Below are positions 9,046-17,775 of a stretch of 64,000 bases of DNA, piece after piece. Where the stretch lies: sequence record LR745208.1, one strand, 5' to 3'. Both the position numbers and the translations under genes were made by a program. How positions within the stretch are numbered: position 1 is the first letter of the stretch; each line of letters starts with the position of its first letter. The notes under the pieces were generated by a model. It worked only from the letters and a program-made list of their open reading frames with translations. It did no database searches and had not been told where the DNA came from.

Positions 9046-9339
9046 CTACACATCAAGTCCGAGACGATGATCTTCTGCGTCTTCCCACGTCTTGATTGCC
9101 CGGCGCAGCTCCGGCTCGAAAGCATCCCCCCGCCACTTGTTGCCATGCCCAACACCTTCCGTAGGGACAAGGTCCAGGGCAATGACCGCACAACAGCCCT
9201 GTTCCTTGAACACGGTCGCAAGAAATTCATGCGAGTCAACTTGGGTTGTGCCCTTGAAATGCACGGCATAGAAGCCCACGCCGCCTGACCCGTTCCGGTG
9301 GTACGCCACCCCATACACCACAGCGATTCGATTTCCCAT
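9046..9339 (-). CDS. Hypothetical protein
   Basis: Start abuts the upstream stop. Confidence 0.6.
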   Translation of the reverse strand: MGNRIAVVYGVAYHRNGSGGVGFYAVHFKGTTQVDSHEFLATVFKEQGCCAVIALDLVPTEGVGHGNKWRGDAFEPELRRAIKTWEDAEDHRLGLDV

Positions 9340-9665
9340 CAGTCATCCCCGTTGCGAGGAATGTGTGTAGTCACGAACTTGAACTGCATCTTTTCCATCT
9401 TCAGCTGCTGCTTCTGGATCGACTTGATCTTGGCCCGGCGCATCTCTTCGGCCCGCGCCAGGGCTTCAGCTTCCGTGGTGTGCCAGTCCGGTCGGTGGAA
9501 GTAGGACTTGTACTGGCCCAGCCTCGCCTCAATCATCTTCTCGGAGACGTTTCGACAGTGCGTGGCATTGTGACACACCAGGATACCCTGGGTGAGGGCA
9601 TACTTGGTCACGTAGACCACGGGAAGGATCACGTCGTTCTCGGTTGGGTCGGTTTTGGTCTTCAT
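9339..9665 (-). CDS. Hypothetical protein
   Basis: Head-to-tail packing. Confidence 0.65.
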   Translation of the reverse strand: MKTKTDPTENDVILPVVYVTKYALTQGILVCHNATHCRNVSEKMIEARLGQYKSYFHRPDWHTTEAEALARAEEMRRAKIKSIQKQQLKMEKMQFKFVTTHIPRNGDD

Positions 9666-9691
9666 GGTTCTGTTACGCCCTTTCGGGGCAG

Positions 9692-9934
9692 TTAGCCCAC
9701 CACCCTGGTGACGTGCTTCAGATTTAGGGCCCGCGCACCATCCAGGATAATGTAGGTTGAGCCCAATTCGAGAGCTGGATGGAAGCGCCCCTCTTCAGTC
9801 AGGGCCTCAACTTTATCCATCACCAGCCCGTACACCATCCCCTTGAAGGGGGTAATCCACGGCTGCCAGGAACGGTCAGGTCGAACCCGTACCGTTTGCC
9901 TACTTGGACGTGAGTGATCATAGATGTCTCTCAT
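9692..9934 (-). CDS. Hypothetical protein
   Basis: SD AGGA; head-to-tail packing. Confidence 0.55.
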   Translation of the reverse strand: MRDIYDHSRPSRQTVRVRPDRSWQPWITPFKGMVYGLVMDKVEALTEEGRFHPALELGSTYIILDGARALNLKHVTRVVG

Positions 9935-9937
9935 GTC

Positions 9938-10192
9938 CTAGCCCTTTGTGTTGATATCTACTGTGAAGCCCAGTTTCTCAAGCTCGGCCCCGAGTTGGAC
10001 GGCATCGTTCTCACCTTGTTTGGTTGGCCAGAACTTCAGTTCCCGCTCCTTCACGGTTGCCTTGACCTTCGCAGTGTCCATGGCTGTAATCCACATGTGG
10101 GTTCCACATACGAACTTGGACACTACCAACGCAACTTCTCGGTCCAGGTCCAACTGTTCCCAGGTCTCAATATCCCATGTCACAACGATCAT
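9938..10192 (-). CDS. Hypothetical protein
   Basis: Start revised to ATG 10192, 1 nt after the upstream stop. Confidence 0.6.
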   Translation of the reverse strand: MIVVTWDIETWEQLDLDREVALVVSKFVCGTHMWITAMDTAKVKATVKERELKFWPTKQGENDAVQLGAELEKLGFTVDINTKG

Positions 10193-10193
10193 G

Positions 10194-10397
10194 TTACACC
10201 TCTGGGTCGGGTACGGGTTTGCCATCCTGGTCAACCCTAAGGTAGAGGGTGGCCCCAGCAGGGCAGGGGCAGTTGCGAAGCTCCAACTGGGCATCCTCAT
10301 CGTCCTGGTGACCCAACAGGGGGAGTTCCCGCCATGCTGTCAAGGTGTAGAGGGCACCACAGCAGGTGCAACGCTTGACGTATTCATGGTCGTGCAT
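10194..10397 (-). CDS. Small Cys-rich hypothetical protein after a sigma28-like promoter
   Basis: CTCCG...CPC; start follows the promoter motif. Confidence 0.65.
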   Translation of the reverse strand: MHDHEYVKRCTCCGALYTLTAWRELPLLGHQDDEDAQLELRNCPCPAGATLYLRVDQDGKPVPDPEV

Positions 10398-10412
10398 GGG
10401 TCTTACACCACC

Positions 10413-10439
10413 TTATCGGCACAGGGGAGGCAAGTTTTA
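10413..10439 (-). promoter_or_regulatory. Sigma28/FliA-like repeated promoter
   Basis: TAAA-ACTTGCCTCCCCTGT-GCCGATAA (exact sigma28 consensus). Confidence 0.85.
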
Positions 10440-10449
10440 GCAAAATCGC

Positions 10450-10677
10450 CTAGGCAGTTCGACGATCGTTGTCCGCAGGGCATTCCACAACCCGCATGGG
10501 TCGTGTCTCGGTCAGCGTGGCATGATGGGCCAAGGCCAGCTCCGCAGTGGTAAACCTCGCCCAATCGAGGTACCGCCAACCCCACTGATCTCGAACCTCA
10601 ACCGCCCACCATGTGCCAAACCGGGCCTCTAGATCCGTGTTCCAGCAACAGTCCGTACGTCTCATGGGTGTGGTCAT
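10450..10677 (-). CDS. Hypothetical protein after a sigma28-like promoter
   Basis: SD AGGA; stop directly precedes the next promoter. Confidence 0.65.
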   Translation of the reverse strand: MTTPMRRTDCCWNTDLEARFGTWWAVEVRDQWGWRYLDWARFTTAELALAHHATLTETRPMRVVECPADNDRRTA

Positions 10678-10695
10678 GTTCCTGTCCTCACAACC

Positions 10696-10722
10696 CTATC
10701 GGCACAGGATGGGCAACGTTTA
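10696..10722 (-). promoter_or_regulatory. Sigma28/FliA-like repeated promoter
   Basis: TAAA-CGTTGCCCATCCTGT-GCCGATAG. Confidence 0.8.
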
Positions 10723-10731
10723 GGGAAATCG

Positions 10732-12116
10732 TCACTCGGGGTCATTTTCCGGGTACATGACCATACGTATGATGTCAGGGTCGCCCGTCTGAAAAGCTAC
10801 GATGAGGAGACAGGTCGGAGATACCATCGTGAGGACAGACCGGGCATGCTTCTTGGAATTGCAGACTTGCAAGCCACAGTGAGGTTCTCAGCGGTGTTGG
10901 GGCCACCCTTGGCAAGGGGGAAAATGTGGTCCAGGGTGACCCTCTTACCACACGGTTTGCCACAGTAGGTGCACAGGTCCCCAGACGCCTTCGATTCCTT
11001 GAGGATCAGTTTGACTTCATCTGGGGTGAGGGTGTCCTCCACATCGTTGAGTCGGGCCATGCGTCGTGTGTTGTGGGCCGCTATCTTCTCTGGGTTGGCT
11101 TTCCGATAGGCAATGCCCATGGCCTTGATTTCATCCGGGTGGGCAGCACGCCAAGCTTCTCCGACTGCCTTAGACCTAGCCGCCCCAATGGGAGTATCCC
11201 GGTATTTTTTCTGCCACGCAATGGCACATTCCTTACAGCGTGGCTGCCTCTTATTGGATCTGGCGTCTGGTGAGAACTCTTCAAGGGGTTTCTGGACCCC
11301 ACATCCATTACACATCTTCATACCTAATGCCCGCAAGGCCTTCCGTTGGGCCATTGCCTCGACAATGGTTGGGTCTGGGTTACGGGCGGCATTGAGGCAA
11401 GCCCGGCATCTGGCCGTGTGCCCCTTCTCACTGTGTTTTCCAAAAGCCGCAATTGGCTTCAGTAGGTGACACCCCAGGCATACCTTTTCGGTGGGTGGGG
11501 GCTTGGGGGTGGGTGGATTGGCAATGTGGTCTGCCTCCCGTTCCGTTCTACGGGCAGCCCTTTTGGCCTTGTCCTTGATCTTTTTTCTCTCCTGAAGTTC
11601 TTCATACTTCTCAGGGTTTGCCTCTACCCAAGCCACATGTTGGGCGGCCAATTTCTCGGAATTCTTTTCCCTCCAGGCTCTTCTTGCAGCTTGGTCCCGA
11701 GTGGCATTATTCTTCCTCCAAGCCCTGTTGTTGTCTAGGTTTCTAGCTTTGAGGGCTTCCGCCTCCTCAGGGGCTTCCGTTTTGAGCTTTTCGAGCCTAG
11801 CATCTCGCTTGGTCTTTTTGCATGCCTTACAGTAGACGTCCAGTCCTCCCAGTTTGGTTGAGTCCCGGTAGAACTCAACATCTATCCTTCCACAGGCAGC
11901 ACAACACTTGGACCCCTCCTGAGAGATGTCTACCTCATATCGTAGCTTGCCCCTGGCAGCTACCTCTTCTGGATGGTCCTCCCGCCAGGACTTGGATCTA
12001 ACTCGTACACAAACCTTGCAGTGGGTCTTGTATCCATCTCGTGAGGTTGGGTCTGCGTAGAATTCATTGGTGGGCTTTGTAGCCCCACACTTGGTACATG
12101 TCTTTTCGGTGGGCAT
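10732..12116 (-). pseudogene. HNH endonuclease with several N-terminal Zn-finger repeats, frameshifted in the CxxCN motif
   Basis: CTYCG...TLDHIFPLAKGGPNTAENLTVACKS; CNSKKHAR continues in another frame from about 10863. Confidence 0.75.
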
Positions 12117-12149
12117 GCCCACTATACCACGGGCATGTTCCCCCGTTAC

Positions 12150-12884
12150 CTACTCTCGGAATTTTTCCCGAAGCTTCCGGATCACCCCGTCCCCCCAAGT
12201 AGCTGACTCCTCCAGGGTTTCCAGGGCATCTCGACGGCTGTAGCCTGCCTCCAGGAGCATTAGGAACCTGCCTGCACGCTGTTGTTCCTCCTCCATGGGG
12301 AAGGCACGCGTGAGCAGATCTTCACGTTGAAGGATAACTTCCTCATCATCAGTTCCCACGAGCAACTCCGGGGCATCGCCATTTTCTGTTAGACTCTCAA
12401 TTGACGTGCGCCGACGGTCCCGGCGAAGCATATTGGAGATGACACACCTAGCAATTAAATGCACCATGTGCCCCATAGAGGACTTCTTATGGTCCCACCT
12501 ACATGTGCCCCTATTCCTCACAAGTATGGCTCGGAACAGTTCCTGGATGAAGTCCTCGATATCTATACCCTCTTTGGCCAGCACAGATGTGAACCCACCC
12601 CCCGCATAGATCAGCTTCCTCACCTCGTGTCCGCGAAGCTCTAAATCGATACCGAGGGGGCTGCCATTGAGGCCACCATTTGGGCGCATGTTACGGTCGG
12701 TTGAGAGTTCCTTCAGCATGACTCGCAAGGGCAGAGATGGATTCCCTGGTAGGACCCGGACCCGGCGCTGAGTATGTCGAATGTATCGAACGGGACGGTA
12801 GACATACCGGCTTTGGCTTCTTGCTTCACCCGCCCAAGTGGTCCAGATTGGTTCTACCGTGGAAAGCTCGATTGGTTCTGGCAT
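12150..12884 (-). CDS. Sigma70-family (ECF-like) RNA polymerase sigma factor
   Basis: Region 2-like EDFIQELFRAIL...WDHKKSSMGHMVHLIARCVISNMLRRDRR and a C-terminal helical region 4-like segment. Confidence 0.6.
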   Translation of the reverse strand: MPEPIELSTVEPIWTTWAGEARSQSRYVYRPVRYIRHTQRRVRVLPGNPSLPLRVMLKELSTDRNMRPNGGLNGSPLGIDLELRGHEVRKLIYAGGGFTSVLAKEGIDIEDFIQELFRAILVRNRGTCRWDHKKSSMGHMVHLIARCVISNMLRRDRRRTSIESLTENGDAPELLVGTDDEEVILQREDLLTRAFPMEEEQQRAGRFLMLLEAGYSRRDALETLEESATWGDGVIRKLREKFRE

Positions 12885-12915
12885 AGCACACTCCTGGAAA
12901 CGGCGGGGATTGGGG

Positions 12916-12943
12916 AATATAGCACAGGCTTGGGGCCTGTCAA
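12916..12943 (-). promoter_or_regulatory. Housekeeping sigma70-type promoter for the sigma gene
   Basis: TTGACA-16 nt-TATATT with an extended -10 TG; SD AGGAG before the ATG at 12884. Confidence 0.7.
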
Positions 12944-13021
12944 GGCATTGGGGCTATTGGAACCAGTCATCAATCAGGTAGGCAATAACGACCATGAACA
13001 TGAACCCACCAATTAGGGCGG

Positions 13022-13489
13022 TCATATGTCACCAAAGGGAAGGTCTGTGGGCATGGGACTGGTGTCTTCTTCCAGGTCTTCTAAGGCGACCCGTACAGTC
13101 CCACCTTTGTCGGATCCTTGTGAGTAGGTGATTGTGGCGATCTTGGGGAGGTCAGTGATGACACCACCGGATTGGGCCCCCTTGAGTCGGACTCGGTCGC
13201 CTACTTTGAAAGGGGTTCGGCCGACCGCCCTCCATAGCTTGTCGGTTTTGTCTTGGAGCTCGGATGCTTGTTTCTCTATAGCACGGACCAGCAATTTGTG
13301 TAGTTCAGCCATTGCATCTTCCGCAGTTGGGGCCGTGGCGTGCAAAGGGACCCCTTGGCGTATGACGGTTTGGTTACTTGTCTCGGTACGGATGTAAATG
13401 CCTACACAGGATTCGGCCGGACAGACTAGGATCCTGTCGAACATGCCCATGGACTTCATTAGCTGGAGGCAATCATCGAGTGTGGCCAT
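13022..13489 (-). CDS. Hypothetical protein with KOW/SH3-like C-terminus
   Basis: FKVGDRVRLK. Confidence 0.65.
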   Translation of the reverse strand: MATLDDCLQLMKSMGMFDRILVCPAESCVGIYIRTETSNQTVIRQGVPLHATAPTAEDAMAELHKLLVRAIEKQASELQDKTDKLWRAVGRTPFKVGDRVRLKGAQSGGVITDLPKIATITYSQGSDKGGTVRVALEDLEEDTSPMPTDLPFGDI

Positions 13490-13492
13490 TGG

Positions 13493-13669
13493 TCAGGTAT
13501 CCTTGCCATGTGAGGCCATGAGGGCATTGCTAATAGCGTCCAGGGCACACCACACGGCAATCCCGACACTGAAGCCCACCCACCACATATGGTGCTGCTG
13601 AAAGCTGTGGATGGCTGCCCAAGTATTCAGTCCTGCTAGGAAGGAGTTCCAATCGTGTCGCTTTTTCAT
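13493..13669 (-). CDS. Small membrane protein
   Basis: Hydrophobic segment; start revised to ATG 13669. Confidence 0.5.
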   Translation of the reverse strand: MKKRHDWNSFLAGLNTWAAIHSFQQHHMWWVGFSVGIAVWCALDAISNALMASHGKDT

Positions 13670-13677
13670 GGACCGTG

Positions 13678-13917
13678 TTACTCTTTCGAAGCATCTTCCC
13701 GCTCGTGTTCTAGTGCCTTGTTGGCCGCTCGCCAACGGGCGCGATTTGCCTCAAGATCACGGGCCTTGTCAATTCGGAGTTGTTGCCAGATGTAGTATAC
13801 GTCCCATGCGGCAAACATGAGATACACGGAACTGAGCCACTGGGACCTGTTGTATACCCACGCCGCTAGTAGGATGGGGACACTCAACATGAGAGCCAAA
13901 TAGGGCAGTCGGTTCAT
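13678..13917 (-). CDS. Small membrane protein
   Basis: Two hydrophobic segments; start overlaps the upstream stop. Confidence 0.6.
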   Translation of the reverse strand: MNRLPYLALMLSVPILLAAWVYNRSQWLSSVYLMFAAWDVYYIWQQLRIDKARDLEANRARWRAANKALEHEREDASKE

Positions 13918-14432
13918 GGGGCCTTGAGGAACTTGAAAAGGCTAGCGTTCCACCGGGCATCCTCCAAGGCATCATGGGCTTTGTCGGCTGGCTGGGTGGG
14001 ATGAGTAGGGCTCCCAAGCATGACCGAATGTTGTTTCAGGTCCATGCAATACATGGGGAGTTTGGACGGTAGGTCGATCATCCGACCGTAGAGCTGGCAG
14101 AACACTACCCAATCGTAATCCGCATAATAGGCCCAAAGTTCTGGCTGGTACTTGTGGAGGGGAGTTAGGAACAACAGCACCTCAGCAGCAATGGTGGCCT
14201 TGGACTTCCACATTGGGTCCCCGTGCTTGGGCAGTTGTGGTAGGACATTCTGCCTGACCCACGGGTTGGCCTTGTGGAGCTTGGCCTCTTGATTGATCGC
14301 ATAATACTCACGACCATCTTCGCAGACTAGACCAATGGATATCAGGTCAATGGTCTTGCCGTCCTCCATGAACTCGGTGTCCAGGAAGTAGCGGGTCACA
14401 TCGTCTCGGTACACAAGCGTCTGAGTCGTCAT
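13914..14432 (-). CDS. 3'-5' exoribonuclease, DEDD family (RNase AS/Rv2179c-like)
   Basis: YFLDTEFMEDGKTIDLISIG, WAYYADYDWV, HDALEDARW. Confidence 0.85.
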   Translation of the reverse strand: MTTQTLVYRDDVTRYFLDTEFMEDGKTIDLISIGLVCEDGREYYAINQEAKLHKANPWVRQNVLPQLPKHGDPMWKSKATIAAEVLLFLTPLHKYQPELWAYYADYDWVVFCQLYGRMIDLPSKLPMYCMDLKQHSVMLGSPTHPTQPADKAHDALEDARWNASLFKFLKAP

Positions 14433-14455
14433 CTTGGATGCCAGACATTACCCTT

Positions 14456-14668
14456 TCAAGTGCCTAGCAGGGCACAAATAGGGCAGGGGATGTACCCACG
14501 GCGAGGACGTTTGTGTAACCTGTCCAGGTCCTTGACCCAGGCATAGTACTTGAACCACGTTGCTTTGGGCTGGTGGATGTAGTTGAGGACGAAAAAGAGA
14601 ATGCAATGAGCTGGATACCTGTACTGGAACCCACGTCTCGTCTCCTCAACGATTCGAGAGAACTTCAC
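14456..14668 (-). CDS. Hypothetical protein
   Basis: Start overlaps the upstream stop; CPIC motif. Confidence 0.5.
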   Translation of the reverse strand: MKFSRIVEETRRGFQYRYPAHCILFFVLNYIHQPKATWFKYYAWVKDLDRLHKRPRRGYIPCPICALLGT

Positions 14669-15348
14669 TTGTGTGGGATCCTACCACCGTACTTGCGATA
14701 TTCGGCACGGGTCACAGCCAAGGTCTTCTCAAGGTCTCGGATCTTCTCCTCCAAAACCGCTTGCTGGATCACCCGGTACACATGAGTAGGTGGCTTGTTG
14801 CTGAATTCGATCTTTGCAGACTCCGCAGCCCGCATGGCCCACCGAATCCCTTCCGGGAGGGAATCCCGAGGAGCCGTGTCCATGTGCCCCCAGAACCGGT
14901 GGGCTTCGCCATACTTGCCCTGTAGGAGCAGCTCATAGACTATTTTGGTATCCTTGGCATCCTCTCGGTACATGTCACGGAGGTCCTCTTCCCCCATACG
15001 AGAGTCCTCTTCGAGGGACATGTAGAGCTTCTTGAGTTCCCGCATGAGTGGGTCACGGGCGTTGTTTGGCTTGACGTTGGTGGTCTTGGATTTGGTCATT
15101 ATACACCTGCATGCGTTGGTGGGTGCGAAGTCGCCCTGTTTCAAATCGGAAAAGGATGCTTGTGCATACCAGTTTTTCATGGCAATGGGCTTGCCACACC
15201 GCTCACATTTGGCGGACCAACATTCCCACAGAACCTCTTGGTCGGTCATACCGGCCCGCATGACCCATGGCATCGGAGTGGTCTGGTACTTGTGCCATCC
15301 CAGCTTGTGACACCGAAGATGGTCAAGGAAACTGAGCTTGACCGGCAA
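14665..15348 (-). CDS. Hypothetical protein (possibly two fused units)
   Basis: 227 aa ORF in the gene run. Confidence 0.6.
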   Translation of the reverse strand: MPVKLSFLDHLRCHKLGWHKYQTTPMPWVMRAGMTDQEVLWECWSAKCERCGKPIAMKNWYAQASFSDLKQGDFAPTNACRCIMTKSKTTNVKPNNARDPLMRELKKLYMSLEEDSRMGEEDLRDMYREDAKDTKIVYELLLQGKYGEAHRFWGHMDTAPRDSLPEGIRWAMRAAESAKIEFSNKPPTHVYRVIQQAVLEEKIRDLEKTLAVTRAEYRKYGGRIPHK

Positions 15349-15375
15349 AGTCTCTAGGGGGGAATCGGTAGGGCA

Positions 15376-16026
15376 TCAATCGACCTCCTGTTCGAGACGT
15401 ACCAGAGCCTTCTCAGCCTCATGCCTACGGGCCGCACAGGCGATTACCAGGGTATCAGCGATGGTGAGTTCCCCCAGTTTTCTGGCCAGAGCCACATCAT
15501 TGAAGTCCGACCGGCCATCTTGAATCTCTTTGGAGATACGGGTCATGGCCATGACAGCGGACCCATGTTCCTTGTTGGCTTTTTCCAGGGCATCCCTGAG
15601 CACCTTCCGGGTCGCCGTTTGTTTTTGACCCCGCTCAAAGGCTTCAAATAGGGTGCTCCGCTCGTTTTCACTGAGGGGAATTGACCACTTAACATCCTGA
15701 AGGTCTGAGACTTCCCCATGGCCATGGGAGGCAATGGCGCGACCCATCTCCTCAAGGGTCTCCCATTCAAGTTCCGTGTGCATATCAGAGCCATGGCAGT
15801 TACAGCCATCCCACCACTCGATTTTGCCAATGAGTTGGACACCCGGGTAGGGGGTGGAGAGCCGGAGTGCAGCCATGGCAACTGCCCGAAGGGATGCCTG
15901 GGTTGCATCATCGGGGTCGTCATTGGGGTCCCCACGGTTCAGGGACTCAATCATCGTTCGCAACTGGTCTGCAAGTTCCTTCAAGTTCATTTGGCACCCT
16001 TTGTTGTCAGCAGTTCCATTCTGCAT
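15376..16026 (-). CDS. Hypothetical protein (true start probably 15990)
   Basis: 216 aa ORF in the gene run. Confidence 0.65.
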   Translation of the reverse strand: MQNGTADNKGCQMNLKELADQLRTMIESLNRGDPNDDPDDATQASLRAVAMAALRLSTPYPGVQLIGKIEWWDGCNCHGSDMHTELEWETLEEMGRAIASHGHGEVSDLQDVKWSIPLSENERSTLFEAFERGQKQTATRKVLRDALEKANKEHGSAVMAMTRISKEIQDGRSDFNDVALARKLGELTIADTLVIACAARRHEAEKALVRLEQEVD

Positions 16027-16211
16027 CGTCGGATGAATGTCCGGGCATCGTCAGGCTCCAGTTCAAGGTATGCCGCGGTAGCCTGGGCGTCCAGACGACG
16101 AAACCCTTCCATAGGTTTGATCCCGGCCAGAGCCAGCTCACACAGGTGGGCAGCCTGTCGGCGGAGTTTGATGGCCTTGTCCAGCGGGGTCATTCTTTTC
16201 TTTTGAGCCAT
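15987..16211 (-). CDS. Hypothetical protein
   Basis: Start revised to MAQKKR. Confidence 0.5.
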   Translation of the reverse strand: MAQKKRMTPLDKAIKLRRQAAHLCELALAGIKPMEGFRRLDAQATAAYLELEPDDARTFIRRCRMELLTTKGAK

Positions 16212-16405
16212 TGCTGGTGGCGTTCTTCTCCAAGTCGGCACAGGCCAATGAGACTTCCGAATCCTCCCAGTGCCCAGCCCACAATCAGGTAGGCCAGAGT
16301 CCAGGGACTCGTCATCCAGGCCAGCATAGGCCACCCCGTCAGGAACATCAGGAACCCCACAAGGACCACAATGACATTGACGACGTCGGTCTTCTTCATG
16401 GTCAA
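16190..16405 (-). CDS. Small membrane protein
   Basis: SD AGGAG; two TM-like segments. Confidence 0.65.
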   Translation of the reverse strand: MTMKKTDVVNVIVVLVGFLMFLTGWPMLAWMTSPWTLAYLIVGWALGGFGSLIGLCRLGEERHQQWLKRKE

Positions 16406-16413
16406 TCTCCTGT

Positions 16414-16719
16414 TTACTTACGCCCGTCGGACCACTTGACCTCACGCCAAGTGTCCCGGACCTGAACCTGGGAACTCATTTGGAACCCGTCCCGACCGAT
16501 CGGGTGGGTGGTGTGGAGATCCTTGAGGCGCGGTTTCCCCACCCTCCAGCATACCGTGACCACACCTGACGTGGACTCCGTAGTGACCCCGAAGGCACCC
16601 GTGGTGGTTTGCTGCGTCCAGGTCTCCCCGGTGATGACCCCAGTAGCACCATGGTTGACAACCACACCCTCCTGTTGGAAGGTACATCTGGCAACCACAG
16701 GTGTGTTGGGGGCATACAT
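16414..16719 (-). CDS. Hypothetical protein
   Basis: TAATG stop-start overlap at 16719. Confidence 0.55.
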   Translation of the reverse strand: MYAPNTPVVARCTFQQEGVVVNHGATGVITGETWTQQTTTGAFGVTTESTSGVVTVCWRVGKPRLKDLHTTHPIGRDGFQMSSQVQVRDTWREVKWSDGRK

Positions 16720-16934
16720 TATGTCTTCCTCTTCGCTGCCTGACCGGCCCGGACCACGAGGTTGATCCGGCGCCCAAGGTCCCCCCATCCGTCCGGCCTC
16801 TCACTCCAGGTTACCCGTGACCCGTAGTTGATATCGTCCCGTAGGGACCTAGCATGGGTCTTGGCATCGTAGTAGTCGAATGCCTTGGCCATCTCAAGGG
16901 ACAGGGACTCGACGGTATCTTGGGGCTTGCTCAT
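16719..16934 (-). CDS. Small protein consisting of one copy of the DTVESL repeat of the giant proteins
   Basis: DTVESLSLEMAKAF...W...DLGRRI resembles repeats in 36076..39837; SD AGGA. Confidence 0.6.
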   Translation of the reverse strand: MSKPQDTVESLSLEMAKAFDYYDAKTHARSLRDDINYGSRVTWSERPDGWGDLGRRINLVVRAGQAAKRKT

Positions 16935-16953
16935 GGCTGAAATCCTTCGGGAA

Positions 16954-17184
16954 TCACTCGGCATTGTTGACCATTTCGGCTTCCGCCTCACCCGCCTCGA
17001 AGTCCCGATCCTCTTCCAGGTTGTCGCCCGTACCAGCGTACATCTCCCGAACGTTGTCATACCGCGAGTTGAACTCGTGATCCTCGTGTTCGGCGAGGGG
17101 GTTGCCCGCGTAGGGGTCCTGCATCGGGCAGATCAGGTAGCAGGGATTTGAGCCACAGACGTGGCAGACTGCTTGGGTCTTCAT
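16954..17184 (-). CDS. Small acidic Cys-containing protein after a sigma28-like promoter
   Basis: Start follows the promoter motif. Confidence 0.65.
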   Translation of the reverse strand: MKTQAVCHVCGSNPCYLICPMQDPYAGNPLAEHEDHEFNSRYDNVREMYAGTGDNLEEDRDFEAGEAEAEMVNNAE

Positions 17185-17205
17185 GTTGGTCTCACTCTCA
17201 ATACC

Positions 17206-17232
17206 CTATCGGCACGAGAAAGGCCATTTTTA
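17206..17232 (-). promoter_or_regulatory. Sigma28/FliA-like repeated promoter
   Basis: TAAA-AATGGCCTTTCTCGT-GCCGATAG. Confidence 0.8.
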
Positions 17233-17247
17233 GCGAAATCATACCCG

Positions 17248-17775
17248 TCAGGAATTTTTGGCCCGCTGGGCAGCGTACCAGCGGTCATTTTCCTCGATGT
17301 ATGCCTTCAGGTCGTCAGGTAGCCGCTGGCCCATCTCATCACACACGGGTCGGCCATCGTGGGCGCGGTGGTACAGGTCCAGCTGTGGAACCTTCCACCC
17401 CGCGGTACGCCAACCTTCAGTGATGGCTCGGTCAAGACCCTCGATGTACGCCTGTTCGGTCAGGTGCCTACACTGGAGTACCTCCCGGACCTGTTCGGGG
17501 GTTAGGGGTCGGGACACACATCCCCCTCCAGGACAGGTGTGTTGGTATCCGTCTGTAGTCTGCACGACTACCTCGGAGACGAAACTGCCCTTGCCCTGCC
17601 AGGGCTGGTTTCGGTCAATCTCAATGCTCTTGACAATGGTGTTGAATGGCCATGTGGTGCACCCGCTGATCAGGTCACCGGGCTTCAGGGCCACGGCCCA
17701 CTTGAGCAGGGCAATGTTGTACTTGTTGAACAGACGGTGGTATCGGAGTCGAGAGATGCCTTTGTAGAGTCTCAT
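17248..17775 (-). CDS. Hypothetical protein
   Basis: ATGA overlap with the ligase stop. Confidence 0.65.
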   Translation of the reverse strand: MRLYKGISRLRYHRLFNKYNIALLKWAVALKPGDLISGCTTWPFNTIVKSIEIDRNQPWQGKGSFVSEVVVQTTDGYQHTCPGGGCVSRPLTPEQVREVLQCRHLTEQAYIEGLDRAITEGWRTAGWKVPQLDLYHRAHDGRPVCDEMGQRLPDDLKAYIEENDRWYAAQRAKNS

